A stretch of 54,713 nucleotides of DNA from a virus (lineage: Duplodnaviria; Heunggongvirae; Uroviricota; Caudoviricetes): positions 74,545 through 129,257 of the IMG/VR virus record IMGVR_UViG_3300037264_002389, one strand, 5' to 3'. The notes beneath the pieces are model-generated. The model did not search any database. It was not told the DNA's origin and saw only the letters and a program-made list of their open reading frames with translations. Below are positions 26,140-34,695 of the stretch, piece by piece. The position numbers were made by a program, and so were the translations under genes. The first letter of the stretch is position 1; each line of letters begins with the position of its first letter.

Positions 26140-26428
26140 AGAGAATGAATTAAATTTGTGGATCACAAAAAATGTCTGTGATTCAGATAGCCATGATTGG
26201 GATTGGATCAATAATGATATGATTAATCTCTGGCATAGACTTTTATCTCGTGGTTGGATAATCAATATGACATCGTTTTCATCTAATAACAAGTTTATGG
26301 CGACGATAACCGTACCTGGAGTTACACATAGCTCTGGTTATCAGGATTCACCTGGAATGGCATTGTGTTTAGTTGTGAAGAGTACGATTGAGTGGTTGAG
26401 AGAGAAGGGTAATTGGCACTGTGGCTGA
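26072..26428 (+). CDS. Hypothetical protein (true start likely ~26123-26129)
   Basis: ORF whose 3' end overlaps tRNA-Cys. Confidence 0.6.
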   Translation: MLHLLTHLRPMEYLRKGMKMKPEENELNLWITKNVCDSDSHDWDWINNDMINLWHRLLSRGWIINMTSFSSNNKFMATITVPGVTHSSGYQDSPGMALCLVVKSTIEWLREKGNWHCG

Positions 26429-26491
26429 ATGGTTAAAGCGCTCGCCTGCAAAGCGAGATTTTTGCCGGTTCGATTCCGGCCAGTGCCTCCA
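26415..26491 (+). tRNA. trnC: tRNA-Cys(GCA)
   Basis: Loop CTGCAAA, U73, CCA. Confidence 0.95.
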
Positions 26492-26492
26492 T

Positions 26493-26568
26493 GGTCCCTT
26501 AGCTCAGCGGTGAGAGCGCGATGCTCATAACATCAGGGTCACTGGTTCGAATCCAGTAGGGACCACCA
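26493..26568 (+). tRNA. tRNA-Met/Ile2(CAU)
   Basis: Loop CTCATAA; body resembles Ile2 or elongator Met; CCA. Confidence 0.9.
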
Positions 26569-26589
26569 TTATGCTGGTATTTAATTATT

Positions 26590-26940
26590 ATGGGATATGT
26601 GCCTCCACCTCCCCCACCAGGATCTGATATGGGATTGGTAAATCAAAAACACTACATTCACAGGCCAAAAGGACTAATTTATAGCCTAAAACGTGAAGGT
26701 GATTCTGGTCCTTTTTGTCCACAATGTGGGTCATCATTGAAGTCGCATTTTTTCTTGTTCAAGACCAAAAAGTGTATACACAAGCAATGTGGTAATTATT
26801 TTAATAGACACAATGAGCCATTTTTACCTCCACGACCCACGTGTGTGCCGGTTAAGCCGCAAGCTGGTGAGTCCGTGGTAGATTCATTACCCTTGATGTT
26901 ACCAAGTAAGCTTGGATTGCGCCAACTTGATCTTGATTAA
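26590..26940 (+). CDS. Hypothetical Zn-ribbon protein
   Basis: CPQCG...CIHKQC; poly-Pro N-terminus. Confidence 0.65.
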   Translation: MGYVPPPPPPGSDMGLVNQKHYIHRPKGLIYSLKREGDSGPFCPQCGSSLKSHFFLFKTKKCIHKQCGNYFNRHNEPFLPPRPTCVPVKPQAGESVVDSLPLMLPSKLGLRQLDLD

Positions 26941-26941
26941 T

Positions 26942-27017
26942 GGGGATGTAGCTCAGTTGGGAGAGCGACAGGCTGGCAGTCTGTAGGTCACGGGTTCGAC
27001 CCCCGTCATCTCCACCA
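26942..27017 (+). tRNA. trnA: tRNA-Ala(GGC)
   Basis: G3-U70, loop CTGGCAG, CCA. Confidence 0.95.
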
Positions 27018-27021
27018 CACT

Positions 27022-27362
27022 ATGAAAACAATCATCGCAGGTTCTAGAACAATCACGGATTATGAGCTTGTGAAAGCCGCAATAATCGCATCACAATTTA
27101 ATATACTGAAGTAATCTCTGGAACAGCACGCGGTGTTGATTCATTGGGTGAACGATGGGCCGAAGAGAACAACATACCAATTAGACGATTCAAACCAGAT
27201 TGGGATAAATTTGGTAAATCAGCAGGATACAAACGTAATGCAGAGATGGTTGAATGCGCTGATGCTCTCATAGCAATTTGGGACGGACAGAGTAGAGGTA
27301 CGGTTCACACAATTGGATTAGCACGAGTAAAGGGTTTACAGGTTTATGTCCACAAAACTTAA
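27022..27362 (+). pseudogene. YspA/SLOG-family gene with a 1-nt frameshift near 27103
   Basis: Frame 1 gives MKTIIAGSRTITDYELV...SQFN. The shifted frame gives TEVISGTARGVDSLGERWA...AGYKRNAEM...WDGQSRGT. Confidence 0.85.
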
Positions 27363-27693
27363 GTGGTTCAAAAAGACACCAATCAAGCCAGGATATTATT
27401 GGTATATTGCTAGAGTTTATATTCTAATTCAGGCTGATGCTAAAGCAGATGGTTGTAAGGTTGGTAATATTTTCGATAGAGTTGGTTTAGCATTGATTAA
27501 CCGTGATTTCAACAATAAGGTTGATTATTATTGTCATATGTATGAAATGAAGCGTAAATCTAGGCGATTATTTGTGCCAATTTGGGTTAAGCTTAACCCG
27601 AAGGAAGTTGCATGGTGGGCTGGTCCGTTTGATCATGGTAGTGTGATTAGACCGAGGTTGTCTAAGAAGATTAATAGGTTGATTAATGATTGA
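27346..27693 (+). CDS. Hypothetical protein
   Basis: 115-aa ORF. Confidence 0.7.
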   Translation: MSTKLKWFKKTPIKPGYYWYIARVYILIQADAKADGCKVGNIFDRVGLALINRDFNNKVDYYCHMYEMKRKSRRLFVPIWVKLNPKEVAWWAGPFDHGSVIRPRLSKKINRLIND

Positions 27694-27694
27694 T

Positions 27695-27765
27695 GCGGGT
27701 GTAGCATAGTGGGAATGCGCTAGCTTGCCAAGCTAGATAAGCGGGTCCGATTCCCGCCACCCGCT
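27695..27765 (+). tRNA. trnG: tRNA-Gly(GCC)
   Basis: Loop TTGCCAA, no CCA. Confidence 0.92.
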
Positions 27766-27847
27766 GATAGTTCGATACTGATCCAAAACGGTTTTGGTTT
27801 GGTATGAATGATCAAGGCACGTCAACATCTTGGTGAAGATTCTTGAT

Positions 27848-27923
27848 GGTGAGTATGGTGTAGTGGTCTGCACACTTGCCTGTGGCGCAAGTGGTTCGGG
27901 TTCAATCCCCGATACTCACCCCA
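27848..27923 (+). tRNA. trnH: tRNA-His(GUG)
   Basis: G-1:C73 8-bp acceptor, loop CTGTGGC, CCA. Confidence 0.95.
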
Positions 27924-27936
27924 TTAAAATCCTTTT

Positions 27937-28010
27937 GGGCGTGTATTTCAATGGTAGAATACAACCATGACAAGGTTGAGATAGGTGTTCGATTCACCTC
28001 ACGCCCACCA
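27937..28010 (+). tRNA. trnV: tRNA-Val(GAC)
   Basis: Loop ATGACAA, CCA. Confidence 0.9.
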
Positions 28011-28024
28011 TTAGGAGAGCGATA

Positions 28025-28267
28025 ATGTATTGGAAGCGTCCAGTAGATTTACCATCATATAATGGTAAATATTGGCCTGAAGGCGTGCCTAATGAAAGTG
28101 ATAAGTCTACTCCTGTCTTGATTGATTTCAATGATGAGAATGGTGAGAAGTTTTCGATTGTTTATACACATGTTCAAATTGGTGAGATTGTTAAACGTAC
28201 TGGTGGCGTGTGGTTTCCATATATTCCATTAGGAGTTTCGATTGGGCCAGGGCTTAAATCCGACTGA
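28025..28267 (+). CDS. Hypothetical protein
   Basis: AGGAG RBS; 80 aa. Confidence 0.7.
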   Translation: MYWKRPVDLPSYNGKYWPEGVPNESDKSTPVLIDFNDENGEKFSIVYTHVQIGEIVKRTGGVWFPYIPLGVSIGPGLKSD

Positions 28268-28394
28268 CTGCAGCAACGGTGCGCGCTGAAAAGCCGTTAC
28301 ATATGCGGACTAATCTAGGCAATGGAAGGAGAAAAAGACTAGCAGAATTACATGAATATAAGCGAAGAATTTTAGGAACAGAAAGTCATTAATT

Positions 28395-28469
28395 GGGGAT
28401 GTAGCTCAGTGGGAGAGCATCTGCTTTGCAAGCAGAGGGTCGCGGGTTCGACTCCCGCCATCTCCACCA
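28395..28469 (+). tRNA. trnA: tRNA-Ala(UGC)
   Basis: G3-U70, loop TTTGCAA, CCA. Confidence 0.95.
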
Positions 28470-28484
28470 ACAGGAGGACGTAGA

Positions 28485-28658
28485 GTGCGCCAAATGAACA
28501 TCAGAGAAGCCAAAGTAGTAAGCGAGATGCTTAAAGCAAAATTCAATGTTAACCAAACACCAGAACATCTAAAAACACTATCACGTAGAGGTCAATTAAG
28601 TAAAGTAACACGTGGCGATAAAAAGATAGAGGATGCGATTAGGGAGATATTAACATAA
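28485..28658 (+). CDS. Small hypothetical protein
   Basis: AGGAGG RBS plus GTG; MRQMNIREAKVVSEMLKAKF..., 57 aa. Confidence 0.55.
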   Translation: MRQMNIREAKVVSEMLKAKFNVNQTPEHLKTLSRRGQLSKVTRGDKKIEDAIREILT

Positions 28659-28843
28659 TGGGTAAGAAACGTCGTCCCAACCCAGGTTCAGATAAAGCGA
28701 TTGCATTAGGTTGTACATGCCCAGTCCTTGATAATTGTCATGGGGCTGGATATCTTGGTATGAAGAATGTATTCGTTAGGAATGGTGGATGCCCATTACA
28801 TCCGGCTATTAAAAGGAAAATACCAGGGAAGTCGGTAGGGTGA
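28658..28843 (+). CDS. Small Cys-rich phage protein
   Basis: PNPGS..AIALGCTCPVLDN...GCPLH. Confidence 0.7.
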   Translation: MGKKRRPNPGSDKAIALGCTCPVLDNCHGAGYLGMKNVFVRNGGCPLHPAIKRKIPGKSVG

Positions 28844-28908
28844 TGTAGTGGTCTGCATACCTGCCTGAAAACCAGGAAGTGGAGGTTCAATTCCTCCTCC
28901 TACCACCA
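28834..28908 (+). tRNA. trnF: tRNA-Phe(GAA)
   Basis: Loop CTGAAAA, C31-C39 mismatch, CCA. Confidence 0.88.
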
Positions 28909-28920
28909 TTGAGGTGAACC

Positions 28921-29355
28921 ATGCTGGCACTTGATCAATGCATTAAAGGGCACATATACGAAGTTCATTCTAGGAATCTACACATAACTGTTTATGATGG
29001 TAAGGATGGTTTTATTGGTATACGACAAAAGTTCGATGATCGATATTTGTTTACTGAGTATCATTGGGATAAAGGTGGTACTGTTAAAGTTCTCAAAGAA
29101 ATTGGTGTATTACCACCTGATATTGAAGCAAGAGACGATCTTGGCACGATTGATGATGTGTCTGGTCGTATGATGGAAATGGATTCTGAGGCTGTTAATC
29201 CTAATAATCTTGGGCCTGGTGTTATGCGTAGTCCTGGTTGGTGGAGGTTTGTTGGTGGTGAGGTTGCGCCAAAGATTCCTGATTGTTTGCCTAGAGTTAA
29301 GGCGAATCGAGCGTTATTTGATTATTTAGATAAGATGAAATCGGACCATGATTAG
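28921..29355 (+). CDS. Hypothetical protein
   Basis: GAGG RBS; 144 aa. Confidence 0.75.
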   Translation: MLALDQCIKGHIYEVHSRNLHITVYDGKDGFIGIRQKFDDRYLFTEYHWDKGGTVKVLKEIGVLPPDIEARDDLGTIDDVSGRMMEMDSEAVNPNNLGPGVMRSPGWWRFVGGEVAPKIPDCLPRVKANRALFDYLDKMKSDHD

Positions 29356-29362
29356 ATAATCC

Positions 29363-29440
29363 GCTCTCGAAGTCGAAGAAGCCGAGACGCCTCCCTGTCA
29401 CGGAGGAGATAAGCCGGTGCGAGTCCGGTCGAGAGCGCCA
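29363..29440 (+). tRNA. trnD: tRNA-Asp(GUC)
   Basis: Loop CTGTCAC, G73, T loop TGCGAGT, CCA. Confidence 0.9.
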
Positions 29441-29493
29441 TTGATTCCCTTACCACCATTATCTGATTAGATACTATAACATAGGGGTGCTAC

Positions 29494-29718
29494 TTGATCA
29501 TGAAGGGTAACAAGAGATTGGAGATACAGTCTGCGAAGCGATCATATAAGACGCCAAAGTTGTTTATTGGTATGGAAGAAACGAACATAGATGAGTTTGA
29601 AAGTCGGTGTTGTAATTTTCCACTTAGCATTGAGCCACTCTGTAGGGTTGCATGTGGCAATTGTGGTAAGAGTGTTAGATTTCCGAGATATGTAGGCAAG
29701 CCAAAACAGCTTTCCTGA
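29494..29718 (+). CDS. Small Cys-rich hypothetical protein
   Basis: SRCC...CGNCGK. Confidence 0.6.
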   Translation: MIMKGNKRLEIQSAKRSYKTPKLFIGMEETNIDEFESRCCNFPLSIEPLCRVACGNCGKSVRFPRYVGKPKQLS

Positions 29719-29735
29719 AGGAAATAGGAGGTATC

Positions 29736-30707
29736 ATGAGTGAGTTTAAATGCCCAGTGGTTAGATTAGGACAAATAGAAAAACATCCGAACGCAGACAC
29801 ACTAGGAATAACTAAGATCTATGATTATCCTTGCATAGTCAAATTGGGAGAATTTCAATCAGGCGATTTAGTGGCATATATCCCAGTGGATGCAGTAGTA
29901 CCAACTCAAGATTTACGTTTCGCGTTTCTTAAAGATCATCCACGGATTAAAGCACGAAAACTTCGTGGATATTTCTCCATGGGATTAATCATTAAAGCAG
30001 AGCCAGATTGGAAGGAAGGCGATGATGTAACGCAAGTGCTTGGTATAAAGAAATATGAATCGCCACAGCCATTATCAACAGGAGGCGATAACGAGCTAGA
30101 TCCAGGTCATATGCCAACTTATACAGACATAGAAGGATTACGACGCTGGCCTGATGTTCTAAAAGATGGTGAAGAAGTGGTTGTTCTAGAGAAGATTCAT
30201 GGAGCCAATGCCAGATATCTACATCACGAAGGTCGTCTGTGGGTTGGTAGTCATAATGGAATTAAGAAGGAGAGCGAGGAGTCAGTATGGTGGAGAGCGG
30301 CTAGGCAGTATAAATTAGCCGATAAATTAGCCGAGTATCCAGGGATAGCCGTTTATGGCGAGGTGTATGGTTATGTTCAGGATTTAAGATATGGAGCACA
30401 GAAAGGCCAAGTCTCAATGATATGTTTTGATGCTTTGGATATAAAGACAAGGACTTATCTTGATTGGATGGACTTTGTTGATCTAATGAAGAGACTTGAT
30501 TTGCCGGTGGTGCCTATAATTCATCAGGGAGGATGGGATAAATCTAAGGTTCAAGAGTGGTCTAATGGTAAGTCTTTGATGCCTTTTGTGGATCATATAC
30601 GGGAGGGGTTTGTGGTCAAGCCAGTTAAATTTCGGTATGATCCACAGATTAGTAGGGTTATCCTAAAGAGGCACGGTGAGGATTATTTAACCAGAAAGGA
30701 AGGTTAA
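29736..30707 (+). CDS. RNA ligase, Rnl2-related DRB0094-type
   Basis: N-terminal HPNAD OB-like module; motif I EKIHGAN; VYGEVYG; REGFVVKP. Confidence 0.9.
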   Translation: MSEFKCPVVRLGQIEKHPNADTLGITKIYDYPCIVKLGEFQSGDLVAYIPVDAVVPTQDLRFAFLKDHPRIKARKLRGYFSMGLIIKAEPDWKEGDDVTQVLGIKKYESPQPLSTGGDNELDPGHMPTYTDIEGLRRWPDVLKDGEEVVVLEKIHGANARYLHHEGRLWVGSHNGIKKESEESVWWRAARQYKLADKLAEYPGIAVYGEVYGYVQDLRYGAQKGQVSMICFDALDIKTRTYLDWMDFVDLMKRLDLPVVPIIHQGGWDKSKVQEWSNGKSLMPFVDHIREGFVVKPVKFRYDPQISRVILKRHGEDYLTRKEG

Positions 30708-30919
30708 TGTTAACTTACGATTGTTCTGAAGTACCATGGTCGGTAGCTTATTCTTTATTGATTTGCAGGTTTTGTAGACATAATAAGAATGGCGATGTTA
30801 CTATTTGTCCTTCCTGTCAACAGAAAATTGCCGGTGTAGCTCAAGCAGAAGAGTGTCTGCCTCGTAAACAGAAGACGAAGGTGCAACTCCTTCCACCGGC
30901 TCCAGACCCAAAAATATAA
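30707..30919 (+). CDS. Small Cys-rich ORF reading through tRNA-Thr(CGU)
   Basis: CRFC...CPSC; no stop until after the tRNA. Confidence 0.45.
   Translation: MLTYDCSEVPWSVAYSLLICRFCRHNKNGDVTICPSCQQKIAGVAQAEECLPRKQKTKVQLLPPAPDPKI
30830..30904 (+). tRNA. trnT: tRNA-Thr(CGU)
   Basis: Loop CTCGTAA, T loop TGCAACT, UCCA end. Confidence 0.9.
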
Positions 30920-30921
30920 AT

Positions 30922-31179
30922 ATGGAATGGATACCTCAAATTGGACAAAGAGTCCGGAGCATTGTGGACAATGAAGACCTCGATATTAATGAAGGTGATA
31001 CTGGTATTGTCCTATATGTTATAGGCCCAATGGCCGGTCGATATGGTGTACGAGTAAAATGGGATAAAATGGCGATCAGTAATAAAGGTCAATCGATTAA
31101 TAAGATTGCTCAGGTTGGTTCCACAGATCTTGAACCCATTGATATTACGCCTGAGCTAATTGCTCAATCAATTGAATAA
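30922..31179 (+). CDS. Hypothetical protein (SH3-like)
   Basis: PQIGQRVR...GDTGIV...VRVKWD. Confidence 0.7.
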   Translation: MEWIPQIGQRVRSIVDNEDLDINEGDTGIVLYVIGPMAGRYGVRVKWDKMAISNKGQSINKIAQVGSTDLEPIDITPELIAQSIE

Positions 31180-31240
31180 GCTCACGAAGGCGAAGTAGTC
31201 GAGCCGTCACCCTGTCACGGTGAAGAAAGCCGGTGCAACT
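31180..31240 (+). pseudogene. Truncated tRNA-Asp(GUC), broken at the T loop
   Basis: GCTCACG...TCACC-CTGTCAC-GGTGA...GCCGG-TGCAACT; the 3' T-stem and acceptor strands are absent. Confidence 0.85.
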
Positions 31241-31383
31241 ATCGCAGAATTTGTAAAGACGCTGAAGCTAAATCAAAATATAATATTCTCTGCAAACCAT
31301 GTAATACTCTACATTATGTCCAACAAATTTTGAAAATTAGCGGTCATAAGATAACATGGACATTCGACGCCGGGGTCGTCTAA
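31240..31383 (+). pseudogene. C-terminal remnant of an HNH-type gene
   Basis: YRRICKDAEAKSKYNILCKPCNTLHYVQQILK...; no start codon. Confidence 0.55.
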
Positions 31384-31442
31384 CGGTAAGATGCGAAGCT
31401 TGTACCTTCGCGATCTGGGTTCAATTCCCAGCCTCGGCTCCA
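31369..31442 (+). tRNA. trnT: tRNA-Thr(UGU)
   Basis: Loop CTTGTAC, UCCA end. Confidence 0.92.
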
Positions 31443-31496
31443 CCTTAAGAACCGGATGTTACTCGATAAATATAAGTCATGAGAGGGAGGTGAGCA

Positions 31497-32090
31497 ATGG
31501 TCCTGACAGCGCCAGTTCTCCAACTCAATAAGAACTGGGTCCCAATCGAAGTAATCACCGTAGCCCAGGCTATGGAGAAGATCTTTACTGGTCGAGCACG
31601 GGCCATTGAAGTTGATAACTTTAATCTCCATAACTTCGAGTCCTGGTCGCAGTTAGCTGCTCTGAAGAATCAGCCAGGGATTCGGACCGCTACTCTGTAT
31701 CTTAGGGTACCAGAGGTGGTTGTTCTGACTAATTACGGTGAAACGCCAGATAAGCATTTGGCGTTTTCTCGGTCTAACATCTACAAGAGGGATAGGAATA
31801 CCTGTCAATATTGTGGTGTGAGGCCAGGTACGAGTGAGTTGACGATTGACCATATCATTCCCCGCAGCAGGGGAGGCAAAAGCACATGGCTGAACTGCGT
31901 GCTTGCCTGTATTACTTGTAATAGAAAGAAGGCCGATAGGACGTTGGCTGAGTCTGGTTTAAGGTTGAGACACCAGCCAATTAAACCTGAGTGGAGTCCT
32001 AGGATTGTTCTTGCCAGGGTTAGGAATATTCCGGTTAGTTGGGAGAGATTTGTTTCGAATGCATACTGGGATCAGGAATTGAAAGAGTAG
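31497..32090 (+). CDS. HNH endonuclease (McrA-like)
   Basis: RDRNTCQYCG...TIDHIIPRSRGG...WLNCVLACITCNRKK; GGAGG RBS. Confidence 0.93.
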   Translation: MVLTAPVLQLNKNWVPIEVITVAQAMEKIFTGRARAIEVDNFNLHNFESWSQLAALKNQPGIRTATLYLRVPEVVVLTNYGETPDKHLAFSRSNIYKRDRNTCQYCGVRPGTSELTIDHIIPRSRGGKSTWLNCVLACITCNRKKADRTLAESGLRLRHQPIKPEWSPRIVLARVRNIPVSWERFVSNAYWDQELKE

Positions 32091-32113
32091 GTAAAGCGAT
32101 GTATATGAGGTTT

Positions 32114-32243
32114 GCAAGCCTTTAAGGTTCGGCGCTGTTGGCCACCGGGTGTGGATCTGATCTGGTGGTGAGAGCGCGGGCGACCGACTGATCCAGGCTT
32201 GCGGTATCTAGGGGCGGGAGCAGATGGGGGTGCTCCCGCCCCT
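32114..32243 (+). ncRNA. Candidate GC-rich structured RNA followed by a 13-bp hairpin
   Basis: Stems gcaagcct/aggcttgc, gcgct/agcgc, ccacc/ggtgg, then aggggcgggagca/tgctcccgcccct. Confidence 0.45.
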
Positions 32244-32263
32244 GTCGTCAGGAGGAAGCGGAA

Positions 32264-32395
32264 ATGATCAGAGTTATTCTGTGGTCTATGGCGTGGTGCC
32301 TCTGTCTCGGCTTCTTATCGCTTCGGGTTACGTATAAGGATGGTCTTAAGATTCGGTTGCGTAGTTGGCCTGAGATATTCCGGGGCGATAAATGA
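32264..32395 (+). CDS. 43-aa membrane peptide
   Basis: AGGAGG RBS; MIRVILWSMAWCLCLGFLSLRVTYKDGLKIRLRSWPEIFRGDK. Confidence 0.6.
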   Translation: MIRVILWSMAWCLCLGFLSLRVTYKDGLKIRLRSWPEIFRGDK

Positions 32396-32402
32396 TCTTT
32401 GT

Positions 32403-32476
32403 GGCGCGGTAGCCCAATTAGCAGAGGCGCTAAGCTCAAACCTTAGATGTTGCGAGTGCAAGTCTCGCCCGCGCTA
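32403..32476 (+). tRNA. trnL: tRNA-Leu(CAA), short variable arm
   Basis: Loop CTCAAAC, T loop TGCAAGT. Confidence 0.88.
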
Positions 32477-32490
32477 TCACTTACGGATGT

Positions 32491-32567
32491 GGCGGGGTAG
32501 CCCAACTAGCAGTGGCACCTGATTTAAGATCAGGGAGTTGTGGGTGCAAATCCCACCCCCGCTACCA
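32491..32567 (+). tRNA. trnL: tRNA-Leu(UAA), short variable arm
   Basis: Loop TTTAAGA, T loop TGCAAAT, CCA. Confidence 0.9.
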
Positions 32568-32580
32568 AAAATAAATTACT

Positions 32581-32772
32581 ATGGATAAGCACGATTATGT
32601 TAGCTTGGCGAAGAATGAAATAATCGATGAGGCCGCATTTAATGATGATCAATTGGTGGAATTTGGGAAATTAATTCATAATCATAAAATTATGTTGGAA
32701 TCTTTAAAGACGATGTTGGAGCGATATGAATGTAAGCGATATGAATGTAATACGCCCGTGGTAAGAGAATAA
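32581..32772 (+). CDS. Hypothetical protein
   Basis: 63 aa; 15-bp duplication at 32721-32750. Confidence 0.6.
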   Translation: MDKHDYVSLAKNEIIDEAAFNDDQLVEFGKLIHNHKIMLESLKTMLERYECKRYECNTPVVRE

Positions 32773-32797
32773 GATCATGGTTATGGACGCATAAGGT

Positions 32798-33112
32798 TTA
32801 CGTTCGGAGACCGTTATTCCACTCATCTACAGACAACAAAACTTCGTTGTTGTAATCAATTCGCAACCAGTCGCTTCGCGTCACCTGGATAAAACGCCGT
32901 TCGTTCCCTTTTTCGAAGACAATATAATAAACAATTACATCTGTCGCTAGAACCTTGTGATGGTAAAACACCTTCGCCACAACTTTAACCGTGGTTTGGA
33001 TAACAATCGGTTCGGGCGGTTTGGGATCAGGTTTGCACGTACAACATTTGTCGCAAGCGGTAACTGTTGTGGTCGCCGAAAGCACCAATACCATGCACTG
33101 GACAAATTTCAC
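32798..33112 (-). CDS. Putative lipoprotein
   Basis: AGGAGG RBS; signal-like N-terminus followed by TAC. Confidence 0.7.
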   Translation of the reverse strand: MKFVQCMVLVLSATTTVTACDKCCTCKPDPKPPEPIVIQTTVKVVAKVFYHHKVLATDVIVYYIVFEKGNERRFIQVTRSDWLRIDYNNEVLLSVDEWNNGLRT

Positions 33113-33154
33113 TTTGCACCTCCTTTTACTAAGAGAATACGAAAATTGCCCTTG

Positions 33155-33583
33155 TTAAGGTTTAGATTTGTCTCTTAATTCACCATAAGGTCCAGAAACT
33201 ACATCTCTTGGATTACCATGAGAAGTAGCTAATTGCCCAGTGCTTTCCCAATACCAAATATCATCGCTATGACCTACCACATAACCTGCCCAAAGTTTTT
33301 TATTATATAGTCTAAATTCACGATCTATCCAAACCCACACACCATCTCTGGTTAAATATGCCCCTGGTCTGGTAATGATAATAGAATTATAAGTTATTTC
33401 ATTACGTTTTACAAGTTCATCAACATACTCTTTATATTCTTCTCGTTCCTTGTTGCCACTTACTATTGTTTCTGTTTTAGATTCGGTTTTAGATTCGGTT
33501 TTACCTGTAAAAATTATTATAGTAGTTATTCCTATTCCTGTTATTAATCCAACCAAATAAGATTTATTCATTACAATCTTCAT
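33155..33583 (-). CDS. Membrane-anchored hypothetical protein
   Basis: N-terminal TM; 12-bp repeat encoding KTES at 33474-33503. Confidence 0.7.
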   Translation of the reverse strand: MKIVMNKSYLVGLITGIGITTIIIFTGKTESKTESKTETIVSGNKEREEYKEYVDELVKRNEITYNSIIITRPGAYLTRDGVWVWIDREFRLYNKKLWAGYVVGHSDDIWYWESTGQLATSHGNPRDVVSGPYGELRDKSKP

Positions 33584-34314
33584 TTTGTATCTCTCTTTGT
33601 TGCTAATGCTTCTATTAGTTTATTATAAAACTCATACCAACCACTGTCTTTTAGACGATTCAATCTAGCATGTCTCGAATCATTAAACCATTCGTATTGG
33701 CTTGCCGTTACTGATAATTTCAGTTCTTTGAATGTGTCGTTGTCTTTTGGTTTGTTATTTTCTTCAACATACTTGGTATCAGTATATCGATGGATTACCA
33801 ATTCATATTTCTTATTTGCTATAATCTTCTCGTTGTGTAATTCGGGTGGTTTTCCGTCGATGCTAATAATGATGTCATAATCATTTAATATGCCTTCGGC
33901 ACAATCAAGTGGATATACAGCAGTAACTACCAAGCCGATTGTTTTGGGTCCGCAACAGTATGTTTCGGCTCCGTCTGGAAGTTGTTCTTGTTCTTCATAT
34001 TTTAATATTTCTTTCCATGAGAAGCCGATTTCACCAATTATTTCTAGATAACGTTCGTCTTTTGGTAGTATCTGGTTCTCCCATATATGTTTAATAATAT
34101 ACCAGAGTCTATGCTCGATTTCGGGGGTTTCTTTATGTTTTTTGGTGTCTTCTGCTAATATGGCTGCGTAGTTAGCTGGTAATTGTTTTAGTTCATCGCT
34201 GGCTTGTTCTCTTATGTCAAAGTCTGGGTCGCCTAATTGTAGGATTAATTTTTCTAGCTTCTCTTGTGCGAGAATATTGCCTGATAATAGGTATAATAGA
34301 AATAATTTGTTCAT
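33580..34314 (-). CDS. Secreted protein with HEAT-like and PDZ-like segments
   Basis: Signal peptide; LILQLGDPDFDIREQASDEL; GLVVTAVYP...AEGIL...DIIISIDGK. Confidence 0.65.
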   Translation of the reverse strand: MNKLFLLYLLSGNILAQEKLEKLILQLGDPDFDIREQASDELKQLPANYAAILAEDTKKHKETPEIEHRLWYIIKHIWENQILPKDERYLEIIGEIGFSWKEILKYEEQEQLPDGAETYCCGPKTIGLVVTAVYPLDCAEGILNDYDIIISIDGKPPELHNEKIIANKKYELVIHRYTDTKYVEENNKPKDNDTFKELKLSVTASQYEWFNDSRHARLNRLKDSGWYEFYNKLIEALATKRDTK

Positions 34315-34466
34315 AAGCCACCTCTATTATAACTTTACTTGGATAAATTATTTCTATTAATATAGCTGGTTCTGCACATGTGAGGCATATATTTAGAGAA
34401 GTGATAAGATGATGCCTAAATTTATGCTCTTAGGAGTTTGGATCGAAGTCAAAAATCAGGTGGTAC

Positions 34467-34495
34467 TTGACAGAGTGGTTCTAATGTGATAAAGT
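34467..34495 (+). promoter_or_regulatory. Sigma70-type promoter
   Basis: TTGACA-17 nt-TAAAGT; shares flanks with the 23201 promoter. Confidence 0.8.
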
Positions 34496-34502
34496 GAAGT
34501 CA

Positions 34503-34690
34503 AGGTGCAATGATGATTACAGTACGAGTCAGATCCATGAAACGTTCACCAAGGCGCGAGCAACCGTCGCTCAAGCGACAGCCCGTGTCCAGTGAACGAC
34601 TGGAACCTGACTCGTAAAGCCACCGACAAGTCAGGAAGGACTCCGAAAGGGGCGGTGGCAGAGAAAGCCATCCGCCCCTTTCGCGTTTTT
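34503..34690 (+). ncRNA. Candidate structured leader or sRNA with terminator-like hairpin
   Basis: tacgagtcag/ctgactcgta encloses two hairpins; gaaaggggcgg-tggc/gcca-t-ccgcccctttc is followed by gcgttttt. Confidence 0.5.
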
Positions 34691-34695
34691 GGAGC

